Of a DNA stretch of 64,000 nt, positions 48,153 through 57,322 are shown in pieces. Numbering within the stretch: the first letter of the stretch is position 1; each line of letters opens with the position of its first letter. The translations under genes were made by a program, and so were the position numbers. Source of the DNA: a bacterium (lineage in GTDB: Bacteria; Patescibacteriota; Minisyncoccia; Phycocordibacterales; Zambryskibacteraceae). The stretch spans positions 128,001 through 192,000 of the forward strand of contig JAUSGI010000008.1 of assembly GCA_030649135.1 (NCBI GenBank). Direction: 5' to 3'. The notes beneath the pieces are model-generated. The model had not been told where the DNA came from and ran no database searches. It saw nothing but the letters and a program-made list of their open reading frames with translations.

Positions 48153-48662
48153 ATGACGCTACTGGTAATTATCGCCATCGGAATTTTAGGGACGATACTG
48201 GCTGGCTACACAGCATACCGCCTTCGCGACACGTCGGTCAGGCGCCAGCGGCAGACCAGACGACGTGTACGAACAGAAGATACTGCTGTAGCGGCTCCGC
48301 AACCGACACCGACACCACGTCGTCGCTCCTCACCAGGAGGAAACGGATGTCTGGTGTGGCTAGTCTTAATCGTCGTGATTGTCTTAGGAATCAGTGCCTA
48401 CTCGTACTGGTCTTCCAAGGCAACAACGCCGGCGGTGCCTATCGCATCAGACGAGATAACCACCGTGGTGGCCCGGCCGGGACAACCGGCCGAGGTTGTC
48501 GTCCGAAGAGGGTGGCAACTCCAGGTTTGGGATAGGGACCACTCCAAGTTCTCTAGCCGTATGATACGGCGGGGGGAAGACCGGGTGTGGGTCTTCATCA
48601 CCAAGAAGGGAGTGGAGTCCGCGGAAATCAAAGTCCGCGTGTACTATGCCCCGCGGAGGTAG
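48153..48662 (+). CDS. hypothetical membrane protein, possibly an NfeD-like partner of the SPFH protein
   Basis: Two TM helices and a C-terminal beta-rich segment. The track ORF is 48090..48662 and the internal start at MTLLV is preferred. The NfeD assignment is speculative. Confidence 0.4.
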   Translation: MTLLVIIAIGILGTILAGYTAYRLRDTSVRRQRQTRRRVRTEDTAVAAPQPTPTPRRRSSPGGNGCLVWLVLIVVIVLGISAYSYWSSKATTPAVPIASDEITTVVARPGQPAEVVVRRGWQLQVWDRDHSKFSSRMIRRGEDRVWVFITKKGVESAEIKVRVYYAPRR

Positions 48663-48689
48663 GGGGGGGAGAACAGCGCAATACCAAAG

Positions 48690-48726
48690 GCGCCACGACC
48701 TCGGAGGTCGTGGCGCTCTTTTCTTT
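48690..48726 (+). terminator. rho-independent terminator
   Basis: GCGCCACGACCT-cgg-AGGTCGTGGCGC followed by TCTTTTCTTT. Confidence 0.8.
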
Positions 48727-48753
48727 AGCCTGAGCTTGTCGAAGGGCCAATTT

Positions 48754-49017
48754 TCAGTTAACCGGATAACGGGCAGGAATACCAAACGTACCAAGAATTA
48801 AGTGGATCAAACCATAAGCAGAAATCATAATGAACATCCCAAAAAGCCCCCAGAAGATTTTCCTCTTCCCCTCGTCACGATTAGTATCGGTAGTCTGGGA
48901 TGCAATGAATTGAAAGACACCCCAAAAGAACACCAGAAAAGCGATAGCAAACGCCAAGAGAATCAGAGGGTTCAGTATGAACTGATTAATCTTACCGAGA
49001 AAAACAGAAATATCCAT
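48754..49017 (-). CDS. small two-helix membrane protein, paralog A of a pilin-like (VirB2/TrbC-like architecture) family
   Basis: FLVFFWGVFQFIASQTTD...EGKRKIFWGLFGMFIMISAYG shares its hairpin motif with the five upstream paralogs. Confidence 0.55.
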   Translation of the reverse strand: MDISVFLGKINQFILNPLILLAFAIAFLVFFWGVFQFIASQTTDTNRDEGKRKIFWGLFGMFIMISAYGLIHLILGTFGIPARYPVN

Positions 49018-49024
49018 CCACTAA

Positions 49025-49369
49025 CTATAGGCCAATAATCCCCGGAGGTTGGATGTTTGAATTATCAGTAATACCCAAGTTAGTACCGATGAACCTGACA
49101 AGACCCCAGACGGAAACCATGACGAATAGGGCAATGAGGCCCCAGAGCATAATTTTCTTGGCTTCCGTCTTGGACGCCTCATCTCCTTGAGCAAAGATGA
49201 ATTTGACCAAACCCCAGAAAAATGCCAGAAGGGCAAGACCCACGACAATTGGCAACGCGAGAGCTACCAAACCTTTAATACTATTAAAGAGTATCGTTAT
49301 GTTGCCAAGCGTCTGGGCGAAGGCAAATGCCGGAACAAGCGCCAGAGTCACAAGAATGACTTTTTTCAT
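49025..49369 (-). CDS. pilin-like paralog B (Sec signal peptide plus two-helix hairpin)
   Basis: MKKVILVTLALVPAFAFAQ signal, then LLAFFWGLVKFIFAQGDEASKTEAKKIMLWGLIALFVMVSVWG. Confidence 0.6.
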   Translation of the reverse strand: MKKVILVTLALVPAFAFAQTLGNITILFNSIKGLVALALPIVVGLALLAFFWGLVKFIFAQGDEASKTEAKKIMLWGLIALFVMVSVWGLVRFIGTNLGITDNSNIQPPGIIGL

Positions 49370-49465
49370 TTATTTAACTATCTAATATTACTTTTAATAT
49401 ACCTAAACGGTATGCCTATATGGTACAACAAGGCGCATAAAAGGCAATATGGTTATCCCCCGCAC

Positions 49466-49816
49466 CTATATCACAACAGGCGGGGGTGGAGGAGTTGTAC
49501 TTTTAATCTCTAGCTGCACCTGCATGAATTTGATTATCCCCCAGACAGAGACCATGACAAAAAGGGCAATAAGACCCCATTTCATAATCCTCTTGCCCTC
49601 TTCTATTGCTTTCTCGTCTCCACTTACATGGAAGATAAACTTTACCAGACCCCAAAAGAATACCAAGAGGGATAGCCCGGCTAATACTATAATTGATGTC
49701 TTCGTGAGAGCCCCGATTGCTTCTATGAGAGCCTTGAGACCAGTAAGAGGCGCGGCAAACACAAAACCCGGCAAGAGGAGGGCTACAAGCGCGAATATAT
49801 TTGAATATTTTTTCAT
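49466..49816 (-). CDS. pilin-like paralog C (signal peptide plus hairpin, poly-Pro C-terminus)
   Basis: LLVFFWGLVKFIFHVSGDEKAIEEGKRIMKWGLIALFVMVSVWG. Confidence 0.6.
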   Translation of the reverse strand: MKKYSNIFALVALLLPGFVFAAPLTGLKALIEAIGALTKTSIIVLAGLSLLVFFWGLVKFIFHVSGDEKAIEEGKRIMKWGLIALFVMVSVWGIIKFMQVQLEIKSTTPPPPPVVI

Positions 49817-49829
49817 CTTAAATTAATAA

Positions 49830-50123
49830 CTACTTATACGGTGGTAAAAGTGGTAAACCGAACGGTCGACTGAAGCCTATGTCTCTATATGCGAAGGCGA
49901 GAATCGCCATAAGAGATGATAGCACAAAAAGCGCTATTAGTCCCCACTTCATTAAATTCTTGCCTTCCTCAACAGCCTTCTCGTCCCCGCCGACACGGAA
50001 GATAAACTTGACCAGGCCCCAGAGGAACACCAATAAAGCAAGACTCGCGATTACAGGCAAGGCCGTGCGTATCAAGTCGATAAAGATATCCACCAGACCC
50101 TTGAAATCGCTTGGAGGGTTCAT
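49830..50123 (-). CDS. pilin-like paralog D
   Basis: LLVFLWGLVKFIFRVGGDEKAVEEGKNLMKWGLIALFVLSSL. Confidence 0.6.
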   Translation of the reverse strand: MNPPSDFKGLVDIFIDLIRTALPVIASLALLVFLWGLVKFIFRVGGDEKAVEEGKNLMKWGLIALFVLSSLMAILAFAYRDIGFSRPFGLPLLPPYK

Positions 50124-50473
50124 CTTAGTTTATTAATAGTAGTCTCAATCACTTGCGCAAGCACCCAAGAACCGAGTAAGACCGCAGTACCCACAGACGT
50201 GTAGAGTAACGCCTTGTGGGCGGTCTTAAGATTCGTCTCATTGCCTTGTGCTGTGACATAAAGAAAGCCGGAATAGATGAAAGAGAGTACCGCAAGTACC
50301 CCGCCGATGGGTAGAATAATCTTGTCGATAATTATCCTAAGGAGGGTAAAGAGCGTGCAGTCCGAGCCACAGTTAATCGGGTTCTTTAGGGTTAAACCAT
50401 AAACCGAGACCGTGCCTAGGACAAAAAATATGGAGAATGATATTAGGGCGACGGATAATTTTTTCATGCTCAT
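50120..50473 (-). CDS. pilin-like paralog E (divergent)
   Basis: Signal or TM segment, then FIYSGFLYVTAQGNETNLKTAHKALLYTSVGTAVLLG. Confidence 0.5.
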   Translation of the reverse strand: MSMKKLSVALISFSIFFVLGTVSVYGLTLKNPINCGSDCTLFTLLRIIIDKIILPIGGVLAVLSFIYSGFLYVTAQGNETNLKTAHKALLYTSVGTAVLLGSWVLAQVIETTINKLR

Positions 50474-50476
50474 GAT

Positions 50477-50785
50477 TTAAGGCGCACCCAAGAGAGAGTA
50501 GCCAGTATTAAGCAAGACACTCGTTATAGTATAAATCAGAAGCCAAGCTCCGAGTATCCACAGGTAGCCGACAAGTACTTTCCGGAAAATCTCTTTTGCC
50601 TTCGTCTTGGCCGACTCGTTACCGCCCGATGTCAGTAGGATAAAGCCAGCGTAGGCAAAAGCGGCGGTAGCAAGAAAAGTGGAGATGACTATCAGATTAT
50701 TTATAAGGTTTTGAGCAAGCAAAATCAGACTGGAGAAGGTACATAGTTTTTCCACACCATCACAGACTATAAGTGTCTTCCACAT
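50477..50785 (-). CDS. pilin-like paralog F (divergent)
   Basis: AFAYAGFILLTSGGNESAKTKAKEIFRKVLVGYLWILGAWLL. Confidence 0.5.
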   Translation of the reverse strand: MWKTLIVCDGVEKLCTFSSLILLAQNLINNLIVISTFLATAAFAYAGFILLTSGGNESAKTKAKEIFRKVLVGYLWILGAWLLIYTITSVLLNTGYSLLGAP

Positions 50786-50787
50786 AA

Positions 50788-52071
50788 TTATGGTTTTATT
50801 AGCGCTTCAATCTCATTATGGGCATGGTAGACTGCCTCGAGAGTGCGGGCACGGCCACTGGTTACGGATTCTATTGCGTTATGAAAGATTGTTTTGGTCA
50901 TCACGGTATCAGGGTCCAGCCAGCCCTTAGACTGAAGCGCCGCATCGTAAAAGACAGACAATGCCGTGTCAGCCGGTCTTACAGATAGGAGGTCGCGCCG
51001 TGCCGGTGGTAGAGAAAGAATCTCGGATAAAGCCCGCGCCACATCTTTTGACACCAATTTGGTGGCGAGGGCAAGTGCGGCGCCGGGATTTAGAGAACCG
51101 CGGGATATGGCCACCCCTCGCAGTCGCCCGAAGGTAACAGTCTTACCGGTGACTCTCGACTGGGGTACGGATGAGACGGCAAAGTTGAGAATGGGGTTTT
51201 TGTTCCTAAGCACGCGAAGTTCTGATGCAAAGCCCAGATAATAAGCGGAATCGCCACTTGTGAAGTGGGTCTGGGCATCAATGAGCGAACGATTCCAACT
51301 ATAGTAGACCCTCGTCGGGTTTGAGAATTGGGTGTAAAAACTTAGGGCCGCCTCACCCGGCGAAATTGTCAAACCAAAAGTTTCGGCGATTTGTGAGCGC
51401 AATTCTATTCCGGCCAAACTGGTAATAGGCGTGCCGGCCTGAAGTAGCAGTAGAGCGAGAATGTCTTTGGCATGAGGAATATTTCGCGCCTCCCCCAGAG
51501 CCATGACCGAAGAAATGAGATTACCCGCGGCATCCTTTTTAGATAGATTGGTAGCGGCCGGATATATTTCATCCCAATACACAATAGGTCTGGCTTGCCC
51601 CGCTGCCGTAAGCAAATCTCTATTATAGTAAAGCACCAAGGGGTCTAGAGAGAGAGGAAGAGCGTAGATACCACCCGGGTCAAGGAAGAGTTCCCCTTCT
51701 TCAATGAATACGCTCTTGAAATCTCGCTCATTCACATTGCTGTAAGAAATGAGCGCGAGCTTGGGCTTATTTTTCCAAAGTTTGTCTTGAGTGAGAATAA
51801 TCAGGTCAGGGCCAGTTCCCCGCGCCAACGCTTCGGTAAATTCCGCCTCTATTGTGTCAGCTGACTTTTCTTCATAACTTACGGAGAATGCCCGGTCTTC
51901 ACCAAGAAGGGATGGGGTAAGTAAAAGATTAAAGTCCTGTGAGGTAATATCTCCCCAGACGGTTAAGGCAACATTCTGGCCACCAGAACCGCGATACAAA
52001 GAGAAGGCCGCCACGCCGGCGACAATAGCAACCGCGAAAATCGCTAAGAGAATAATCTGAAACTTTGACAT
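50788..52071 (-). CDS. membrane-anchored extracellular solute-binding-protein-like protein (orphan)
   Basis: N-terminal TM anchor followed by a periplasmic-binding-protein-like fold. No permease or ATPase gene is adjacent. Confidence 0.5.
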   Translation of the reverse strand: MSKFQIILLAIFAVAIVAGVAAFSLYRGSGGQNVALTVWGDITSQDFNLLLTPSLLGEDRAFSVSYEEKSADTIEAEFTEALARGTGPDLIILTQDKLWKNKPKLALISYSNVNERDFKSVFIEEGELFLDPGGIYALPLSLDPLVLYYNRDLLTAAGQARPIVYWDEIYPAATNLSKKDAAGNLISSVMALGEARNIPHAKDILALLLLQAGTPITSLAGIELRSQIAETFGLTISPGEAALSFYTQFSNPTRVYYSWNRSLIDAQTHFTSGDSAYYLGFASELRVLRNKNPILNFAVSSVPQSRVTGKTVTFGRLRGVAISRGSLNPGAALALATKLVSKDVARALSEILSLPPARRDLLSVRPADTALSVFYDAALQSKGWLDPDTVMTKTIFHNAIESVTSGRARTLEAVYHAHNEIEALIKP

Positions 52072-52114
52072 ATGTTAATCCTACACTAAAACTAAAAGAA
52101 CTAATCCCCATTGC

Positions 52115-52135
52115 TGTCAAAGACCGTCTTTGACA
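52115..52135 (+). repeat. REP-A copy 1 (TGTCAAAGACCGTCTTTGACA)
   Basis: Exact palindrome located 10 nt upstream of the RAYT start. Confidence 0.85.
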
Positions 52136-52145
52136 TAATAGGTTC

Positions 52146-52793
52146 ATGGGTAATAGAGACTATAAAAAATTTGCCACTGGAACTATCTTTCATATATACA
52201 ATAGAGGCAATAACCGAGAAAAAATTTTCCATGATGAGCAGGACTATAAAGCGCTAATATTTAGAATTGGTCTGGCACTAGGATTCGAAGAAAAAGAACT
52301 GTCACATCAATTATGTCACCAACCATATTCAAGAATCAGGATTACAGGCACACATAAAGGAAAATTCAAGCTACACGCTTTTTGTCTTATGCCAAATCAT
52401 TTTCACTTACTTATCGAACAGTGTGAAGATGTGCCTATATCGAAAATTATCTCGAAAATATGTGCAAGTTATGCTAAATATGTAAATAAAAAATACAAAA
52501 GAGTCGGGCATGTATTTCAGGATAAATTTAAAGCAGTACTTATGGAATCAAATGAACAACTTATGTGGATTTGCACATATATACACATGAATGCAGTGAA
52601 GGACAGTATGGTCAAACATCCAGATGAATATGTATGGAGTAGCTACAATGACTATACAACTGACAGAAATCTGCCAATCATAAATACTGACTTTTTGATC
52701 TCACTATTTGGTGATAAAAATAGTTTCAAAAAAGAGACCCTCCGCCCTTACTCAGATAGCCTGTCAAAGACCGTCTTTGACATTAAGAGTTGA
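52146..52793 (+). CDS. REP-associated tyrosine transposase (RAYT; IS200/IS605 Y1 HUH family)
   Basis: HUH motif MPNHFHLLIE and catalytic Tyr region YVWSSY. The last 10 codons are encoded by REP-A copy 2. Confidence 0.85.
   Translation: MGNRDYKKFATGTIFHIYNRGNNREKIFHDEQDYKALIFRIGLALGFEEKELSHQLCHQPYSRIRITGTHKGKFKLHAFCLMPNHFHLLIEQCEDVPISKIISKICASYAKYVNKKYKRVGHVFQDKFKAVLMESNEQLMWICTYIHMNAVKDSMVKHPDEYVWSSYNDYTTDRNLPIINTDFLISLFGDKNSFKKETLRPYSDSLSKTVFDIKS
52762..52782 (+). repeat. REP-A copy 2
   Basis: Identical 21-mer, overlapping the RAYT 3' end. Confidence 0.85.
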
Positions 52794-52813
52794 AACATAT
52801 CGGTCTGGATTAT

Positions 52814-53590
52814 TTATTTCAAAACCACCATCAGGTGATCTGAGAAATCGATATAGCCACCCTTTTGATATTCTTTGATTTTCTTAAGGAACTCTTCAGC
52901 CTCTGTATCATTCGGAAAAGAATCAGTATTATGAATAAATCTATAGAAAATCTTGAGGTCAAAACGGCTATTAGTCGTAAGGATATCTCCAACAAACATT
53001 CTCATCCTTAATCTCTTAACCTCGACCTTAAACCCGAGTTTCTTATAGAAATCAGCGATGTATTCTGCATAATTAAATTCTGGGTAAACCTGTTGCAACA
53101 TTATCTTATAGTGATCGCTATCTTCAGGAAGAGTGAGAATAAGCAATTTGCCATCATTATTTAATAAGTCAGGAAGTTTAGAGAGTTGTGCATTATAATC
53201 TTTTTCATTGAGACCCCAGTAATAGTTTGTGTGGGATGTAAAGACAATATCGTATTTTTTATCAGTTTTAAAAGTAGCAAGACTCCCTGGAAAACATTCC
53301 CCAATGTTATTTTCCAGAGTTAAAAATGCTTTGGCTGATGATAAGGCATTTTGATTAGGTTCAAGTAAGTCACAAATGTAGTCTCCTTCAACACGGTCAA
53401 GAATCTGCTTTGTAGTGTGGCCTTCGCCGCAACCAATATCAAGAACGAGTTTATTGGGGGAATTTTGAGTATTTATCTCTTTTACAATTTCAGCTACAAT
53501 CCCAAACCAATCCTCAGCAAAACTACGAATGTAGATATTTTCGTATACATCTGAAAATTCTTTTTCTCCCCAGAAATGCCACTTTGCCAT
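52814..53590 (-). CDS. class I SAM-dependent methyltransferase
   Basis: Motif I VLDIGCGEGHTT. Lies between REP-A copies 2 and 3. Confidence 0.8.
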   Translation of the reverse strand: MAKWHFWGEKEFSDVYENIYIRSFAEDWFGIVAEIVKEINTQNSPNKLVLDIGCGEGHTTKQILDRVEGDYICDLLEPNQNALSSAKAFLTLENNIGECFPGSLATFKTDKKYDIVFTSHTNYYWGLNEKDYNAQLSKLPDLLNNDGKLLILTLPEDSDHYKIMLQQVYPEFNYAEYIADFYKKLGFKVEVKRLRMRMFVGDILTTNSRFDLKIFYRFIHNTDSFPNDTEAEEFLKKIKEYQKGGYIDFSDHLMVVLK

Positions 53591-53611
53591 AATATTTTTT
53601 ATTTCAGGATA

Positions 53612-53632
53612 ATGTCAAAGACGGTCTTTGAC
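53612..53632 (-). repeat. REP-A copy 3 (inverted orientation, TGTCAAAGACGGTCTTTGACA)
   Basis: Reverse complement of copies 1 and 2. Confidence 0.85.
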
Positions 53633-53678
53633 ATACACATACATTTGAGAATGGAGATTTTTTCACAAGCATAAATAA

Positions 53679-56123
53679 TCAAAAACAAATTAAGGAAGCT
53701 ATGCTATCCCCCTCTCTTAATTTCATAATCCTTACTCCCTGAGTCTGGCGACCCAACTCCGGAATCTCTTTGAGCCCAACCCGGACTACCTGACTCTTTT
53801 TGGAAATAGCTATGACTTCGTCTTCTTGGTCGGTCACCACTTGCGAGGCGATAACCTGACCAGTTTTCGGTGTCACTTTAGAAGTGAGAATACCGGAACC
53901 ACCCCTGCCTTGTACTTTGTATTCGGATAGTTCCGTGCGCTTACCGTAGCCATTGGCAGAAATGACCAAGAGATGACCCGCTTTCTCTTCTGATTTGATA
54001 TGGTGCGCGCCCACGACCAGGTCCCCTTTGCCGAGCTTAATCCCCCTCACTCCTCCCGCGCCACGGCCCATCTCACGAATGGCCGATTCCTTAAACCGGA
54101 TGGACTGGCCTTTTTTCGTCACAATGGACATGTCATCGTTCTTCTCGACCAATTCAACCGATATCAATCTGTCTCCCGGAGAAAGTTTGATGGCAATGAT
54201 GCCGGAAGCGCGCACGTCATGAAAACTTTTAGCCGAGACTTTCTTGGCGGTACCGTTTTCCGTAATCATAAATAGCGAACCACCGATATCCTTCTTGCCC
54301 TTGCCCATCGCCAGAATGGAAGTCACCTTCTCGTCATCAGAAAGTGAAATGAAATTCATCACCGACTTGCCGCGCGTAGCGCGCTTACCCTCCGGAATGT
54401 CATACATCTTGATTTGATAAGCCTTACCCTTGTCGGTAAAGAACAAGAGGTCGGCATGGGTGCTGGCAGTCAAAAAATTGGTGACAAAGTCCTCTTCTTT
54501 GGTATCCAGGTCTACCACTCCTACCCCGCCACGTTTCTGGCGTCTGTATTCATCCGGATTGGTGCGCTTGATGTATCCACCTGATGTTAGAACTAGCGTA
54601 TTCTCTTCCTCTGGCACCAAATCTTCGACAGAAAGAATTTTGACTCCCCCTTTGATTACTTTGGTGCGACGCTCGTCACCATACTTATCTTTAATATCTT
54701 GTAGTTCAGTCTTGACTACTTTTAAAATTTTAGCGTTCGAGGCCAATAATTCTTTCAGCTCTTTGATAAAAGCTTGGACTTCTTTAAGTTCATCCTCCAC
54801 TTTCTGGCGTTCCAGACCGGCCAGTTTCTGGAGCTTCATTTCGAGAATGGCATTGGCCTGCAATTCGGAAAGTTTAAATTCTTTTATCAAACCGGCTCGG
54901 GCGTCGTCAACGCTTGATGAGGCTCGAATGAGTTTGATAACTCGGTCAATGTTGTCGAGAGCAATCGTAAGACCGAGCAGAATGTGTTCGCGTTCCTCGG
55001 CTTTGGCCAAATCAAATGCTGTACGACGCTTGACCACTACCTCTCGATGTTTGAGAAACTCAATGAGCATGCTCTTGAGTGATAGAGTCTGAGGTACGCC
55101 ATCGACCAATGCCACGAGATTGAAGTGGAAAGTTTCCTCGAGTTGGGTATGTTTGTAGAGAGCATTTAAGATTTTCTGCGGTTGACTGCCATTTTTAAGA
55201 TCAATAACCACCCGAACGTCTTTAGTCGACTCATCACGCAAACCCTTCACCCCTTCAATCTTCTTCTCTCGCACTAAGTCCGCAATTTTAGGTATTAACC
55301 CCTCCGCTTTATTTACTCGGTATGGAATCGCGGTGATGATAATCTGATTACCGCCGCCCTTACCTTCCACAATCTCAGCCACACCACGGACCACCACTGG
55401 CCCTCGACCGGTAGCATAAGCATGGTGAATATCTTTTTCATTAAAAATAATACCGCCAGTGGGAAAGTCTGGGCCCTTTATAAACCCGAGTAAATCTTCC
55501 GTAGTCGCATCACGATTATCAGCTAGGTGGACCGTAGCATCAATAACTTCCGAAAGATTATGAGGTGGAATATTGGTAGCCATGCCCACGGCGATACCCA
55601 AAGTACCGTTGAGTAAAAGGTTAGGCGTTGCCGCCGGTAAAACTACCGGCTCTGACCTTGTACCATCGTAATTGGGTCTGAAGTCTACCGTATCTTTATC
55701 AATATCTTTAAGCATTTCACCTGCCAGACGTGACATCTTCGCCTCGGTGTAACGATAAGCAGCGGCACTATCTCCGTCTATTGAACCGAAATTTCCTTGT
55801 CCGATAACCAAGGGATAACGCATCGAGAAATCCTGTGTCATTTTGACCATGGCTTCGTAGACAGAGGAGTCGCCATGCGGGTGATATTTGCCGAGCACGT
55901 CTCCAACGATGGTGGCGGACTTCTTGGTCTTAGCGCCCGCGTTAAGACCAATCTCATTCATGGCATAGAGAATACGGCGGTGCACCGGCTTGAGGCCATC
56001 ACGCACATCAGGCAATGCGCGGTCGGTGATGACCGACATGGCATAGTCGATAAACGACTCCTTCATCTCGCTCGTAATCGGGCGAGAGATAACTCTGTCT
56101 CCGTCCTTATTCGCCATATACAT
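53679..56123 (-). CDS. gyrA: DNA gyrase subunit A
   Basis: [28 protein letters not shown] with the catalytic Tyr region and a C-terminal beta-pinwheel. Confidence 0.93.
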   Translation of the reverse strand: MYMANKDGDRVISRPITSEMKESFIDYAMSVITDRALPDVRDGLKPVHRRILYAMNEIGLNAGAKTKKSATIVGDVLGKYHPHGDSSVYEAMVKMTQDFSMRYPLVIGQGNFGSIDGDSAAAYRYTEAKMSRLAGEMLKDIDKDTVDFRPNYDGTRSEPVVLPAATPNLLLNGTLGIAVGMATNIPPHNLSEVIDATVHLADNRDATTEDLLGFIKGPDFPTGGIIFNEKDIHHAYATGRGPVVVRGVAEIVEGKGGGNQIIITAIPYRVNKAEGLIPKIADLVREKKIEGVKGLRDESTKDVRVVIDLKNGSQPQKILNALYKHTQLEETFHFNLVALVDGVPQTLSLKSMLIEFLKHREVVVKRRTAFDLAKAEEREHILLGLTIALDNIDRVIKLIRASSSVDDARAGLIKEFKLSELQANAILEMKLQKLAGLERQKVEDELKEVQAFIKELKELLASNAKILKVVKTELQDIKDKYGDERRTKVIKGGVKILSVEDLVPEEENTLVLTSGGYIKRTNPDEYRRQKRGGVGVVDLDTKEEDFVTNFLTASTHADLLFFTDKGKAYQIKMYDIPEGKRATRGKSVMNFISLSDDEKVTSILAMGKGKKDIGGSLFMITENGTAKKVSAKSFHDVRASGIIAIKLSPGDRLISVELVEKNDDMSIVTKKGQSIRFKESAIREMGRGAGGVRGIKLGKGDLVVGAHHIKSEEKAGHLLVISANGYGKRTELSEYKVQGRGGSGILTSKVTPKTGQVIASQVVTDQEDEVIAISKKSQVVRVGLKEIPELGRQTQGVRIMKLREGDSIASLICF

Positions 56124-56460
56124 CTAAAGCGCCATCTCTCATCTCTTTGTATTCAGCTTCCAAGTCTACCGCTTTTAAACCGGACTTGAGCGCTCCGAAA
56201 TTCTCCCGAAAGGCTTCGAGACTGGTGCTCAAGTTCATGCGCAATGATTCAAACGGACTTACTTCCGTCTCCGGTTGAGCAGACGCTTCTTGAGAACTGC
56301 CACTTTCGGCGACAATCTTTGTGTTGGTACTATTAATACCGAAAGTGGCGAGAGACCAAACTCCGAAAATAAAAAGGGTGATAGAGCTTGAAGCCAGAAA
56401 GGCAAATTGCTTCTTATGGCGTTCGGGTTTGGTGTGAAGTGTTGAAAGATATCTACGCAT
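56107..56460 (-). CDS. hypothetical membrane-anchored protein
   Basis: Track ORF with one TM helix. Overlaps the gyrA start by 17 nt. Confidence 0.35.
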   Translation of the reverse strand: MRRYLSTLHTKPERHKKQFAFLASSSITLFIFGVWSLATFGINSTNTKIVAESGSSQEASAQPETEVSPFESLRMNLSTSLEAFRENFGALKSGLKAVDLEAEYKEMRDGALDVYGE

Positions 56461-56472
56461 ATTCGTTATTTA

Positions 56473-57147
56473 TTATTCTTCTTTAATTACCACAATCTCG
56501 CCTTCTTTGCCTTCCAAGTCTTTCTTCTTAACCACCAATTTATCGAGTGATTCCATTCTAGCTTGGCCACCTTCTTTTATAAACTGTTCCAAAGTCTCTT
56601 TAGTATAGTACATCGGTATGATAATAGACGGCTCGAGAGAAACGGCAAGTTTATAAGCGGATGCCGCACCCAACATACCTTGTCCGCCGATAGGCACAAA
56701 CAGTATATCGATATCTTCTATCGCTTCGAGAGTCTCATCCGAGAGAGTTGGATTGGCGAGCGCGCCGAGGAAACATAGATTCATCCCTTCGAAGAAGACG
56801 AGATAAATTGTATTTATTTTCTTGGCGGGCTTGCCCGCCGACCCGGTGGCGGGTCCTTCCGAAAGAAAACCCTTTACGAAAACGTCTTTGATTTCATACT
56901 CGCCCGGACCGTCTATGACGAAAGACTCTTTATCGCCCCCGCCTGCAATGCCTGCGGATGCATGGCGGGCAGGTCGAGAAGTCTGGTCACGCCCGTTAAA
57001 GTCGGGCAGATTCGTAGTAATGAGAGTGACATCAGCGCCAAATCTCGCTGGTTTTAATTTAGAATCTTTCGATATCGGATTGAACGCCAGGGTAATATCT
57101 CCTTGGGAGATTTTGAAGCATTCCGCGCCGTGATAAGTGATTACCAT
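56473..57147 (-). CDS. MBL-fold metal-dependent hydrolase (UPF0173-like)
   Basis: MVITYHGAECFKI N-terminus and a beta-lactamase-like fold. Confidence 0.7.
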   Translation of the reverse strand: MVITYHGAECFKISQGDITLAFNPISKDSKLKPARFGADVTLITTNLPDFNGRDQTSRPARHASAGIAGGGDKESFVIDGPGEYEIKDVFVKGFLSEGPATGSAGKPAKKINTIYLVFFEGMNLCFLGALANPTLSDETLEAIEDIDILFVPIGGQGMLGAASAYKLAVSLEPSIIIPMYYTKETLEQFIKEGGQARMESLDKLVVKKKDLEGKEGEIVVIKEE

Positions 57148-57322
57148 TGCTCCATTTTAGCATAAAACAGTGCTATTTGCCAGCGTTTTCCGCCTTGAAT
57201 TCCCTTCCCTTTCTTCTTGACAAAGAGTGTTATATATGATAGGATTCTAGAGGACCTTGGGAGCACCTGCCATACCGGCATGGTGCGCTCGTTAACCCAG
57301 TTCATTCACAAGGAGACAAGAG

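Larger units (their letters stand above)
52115..53632. mobile_element. REP–RAYT module: REP, IS200-like Y1 transposase, REP, SAM-methyltransferase, REP
   Basis: Three copies of a 21 bp palindrome TGTCAAAGACCGTCTTTGACA at 52115-52135, 52762-52782 and 53612-53632 (the last inverted) bracket both genes. Confidence 0.8.
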
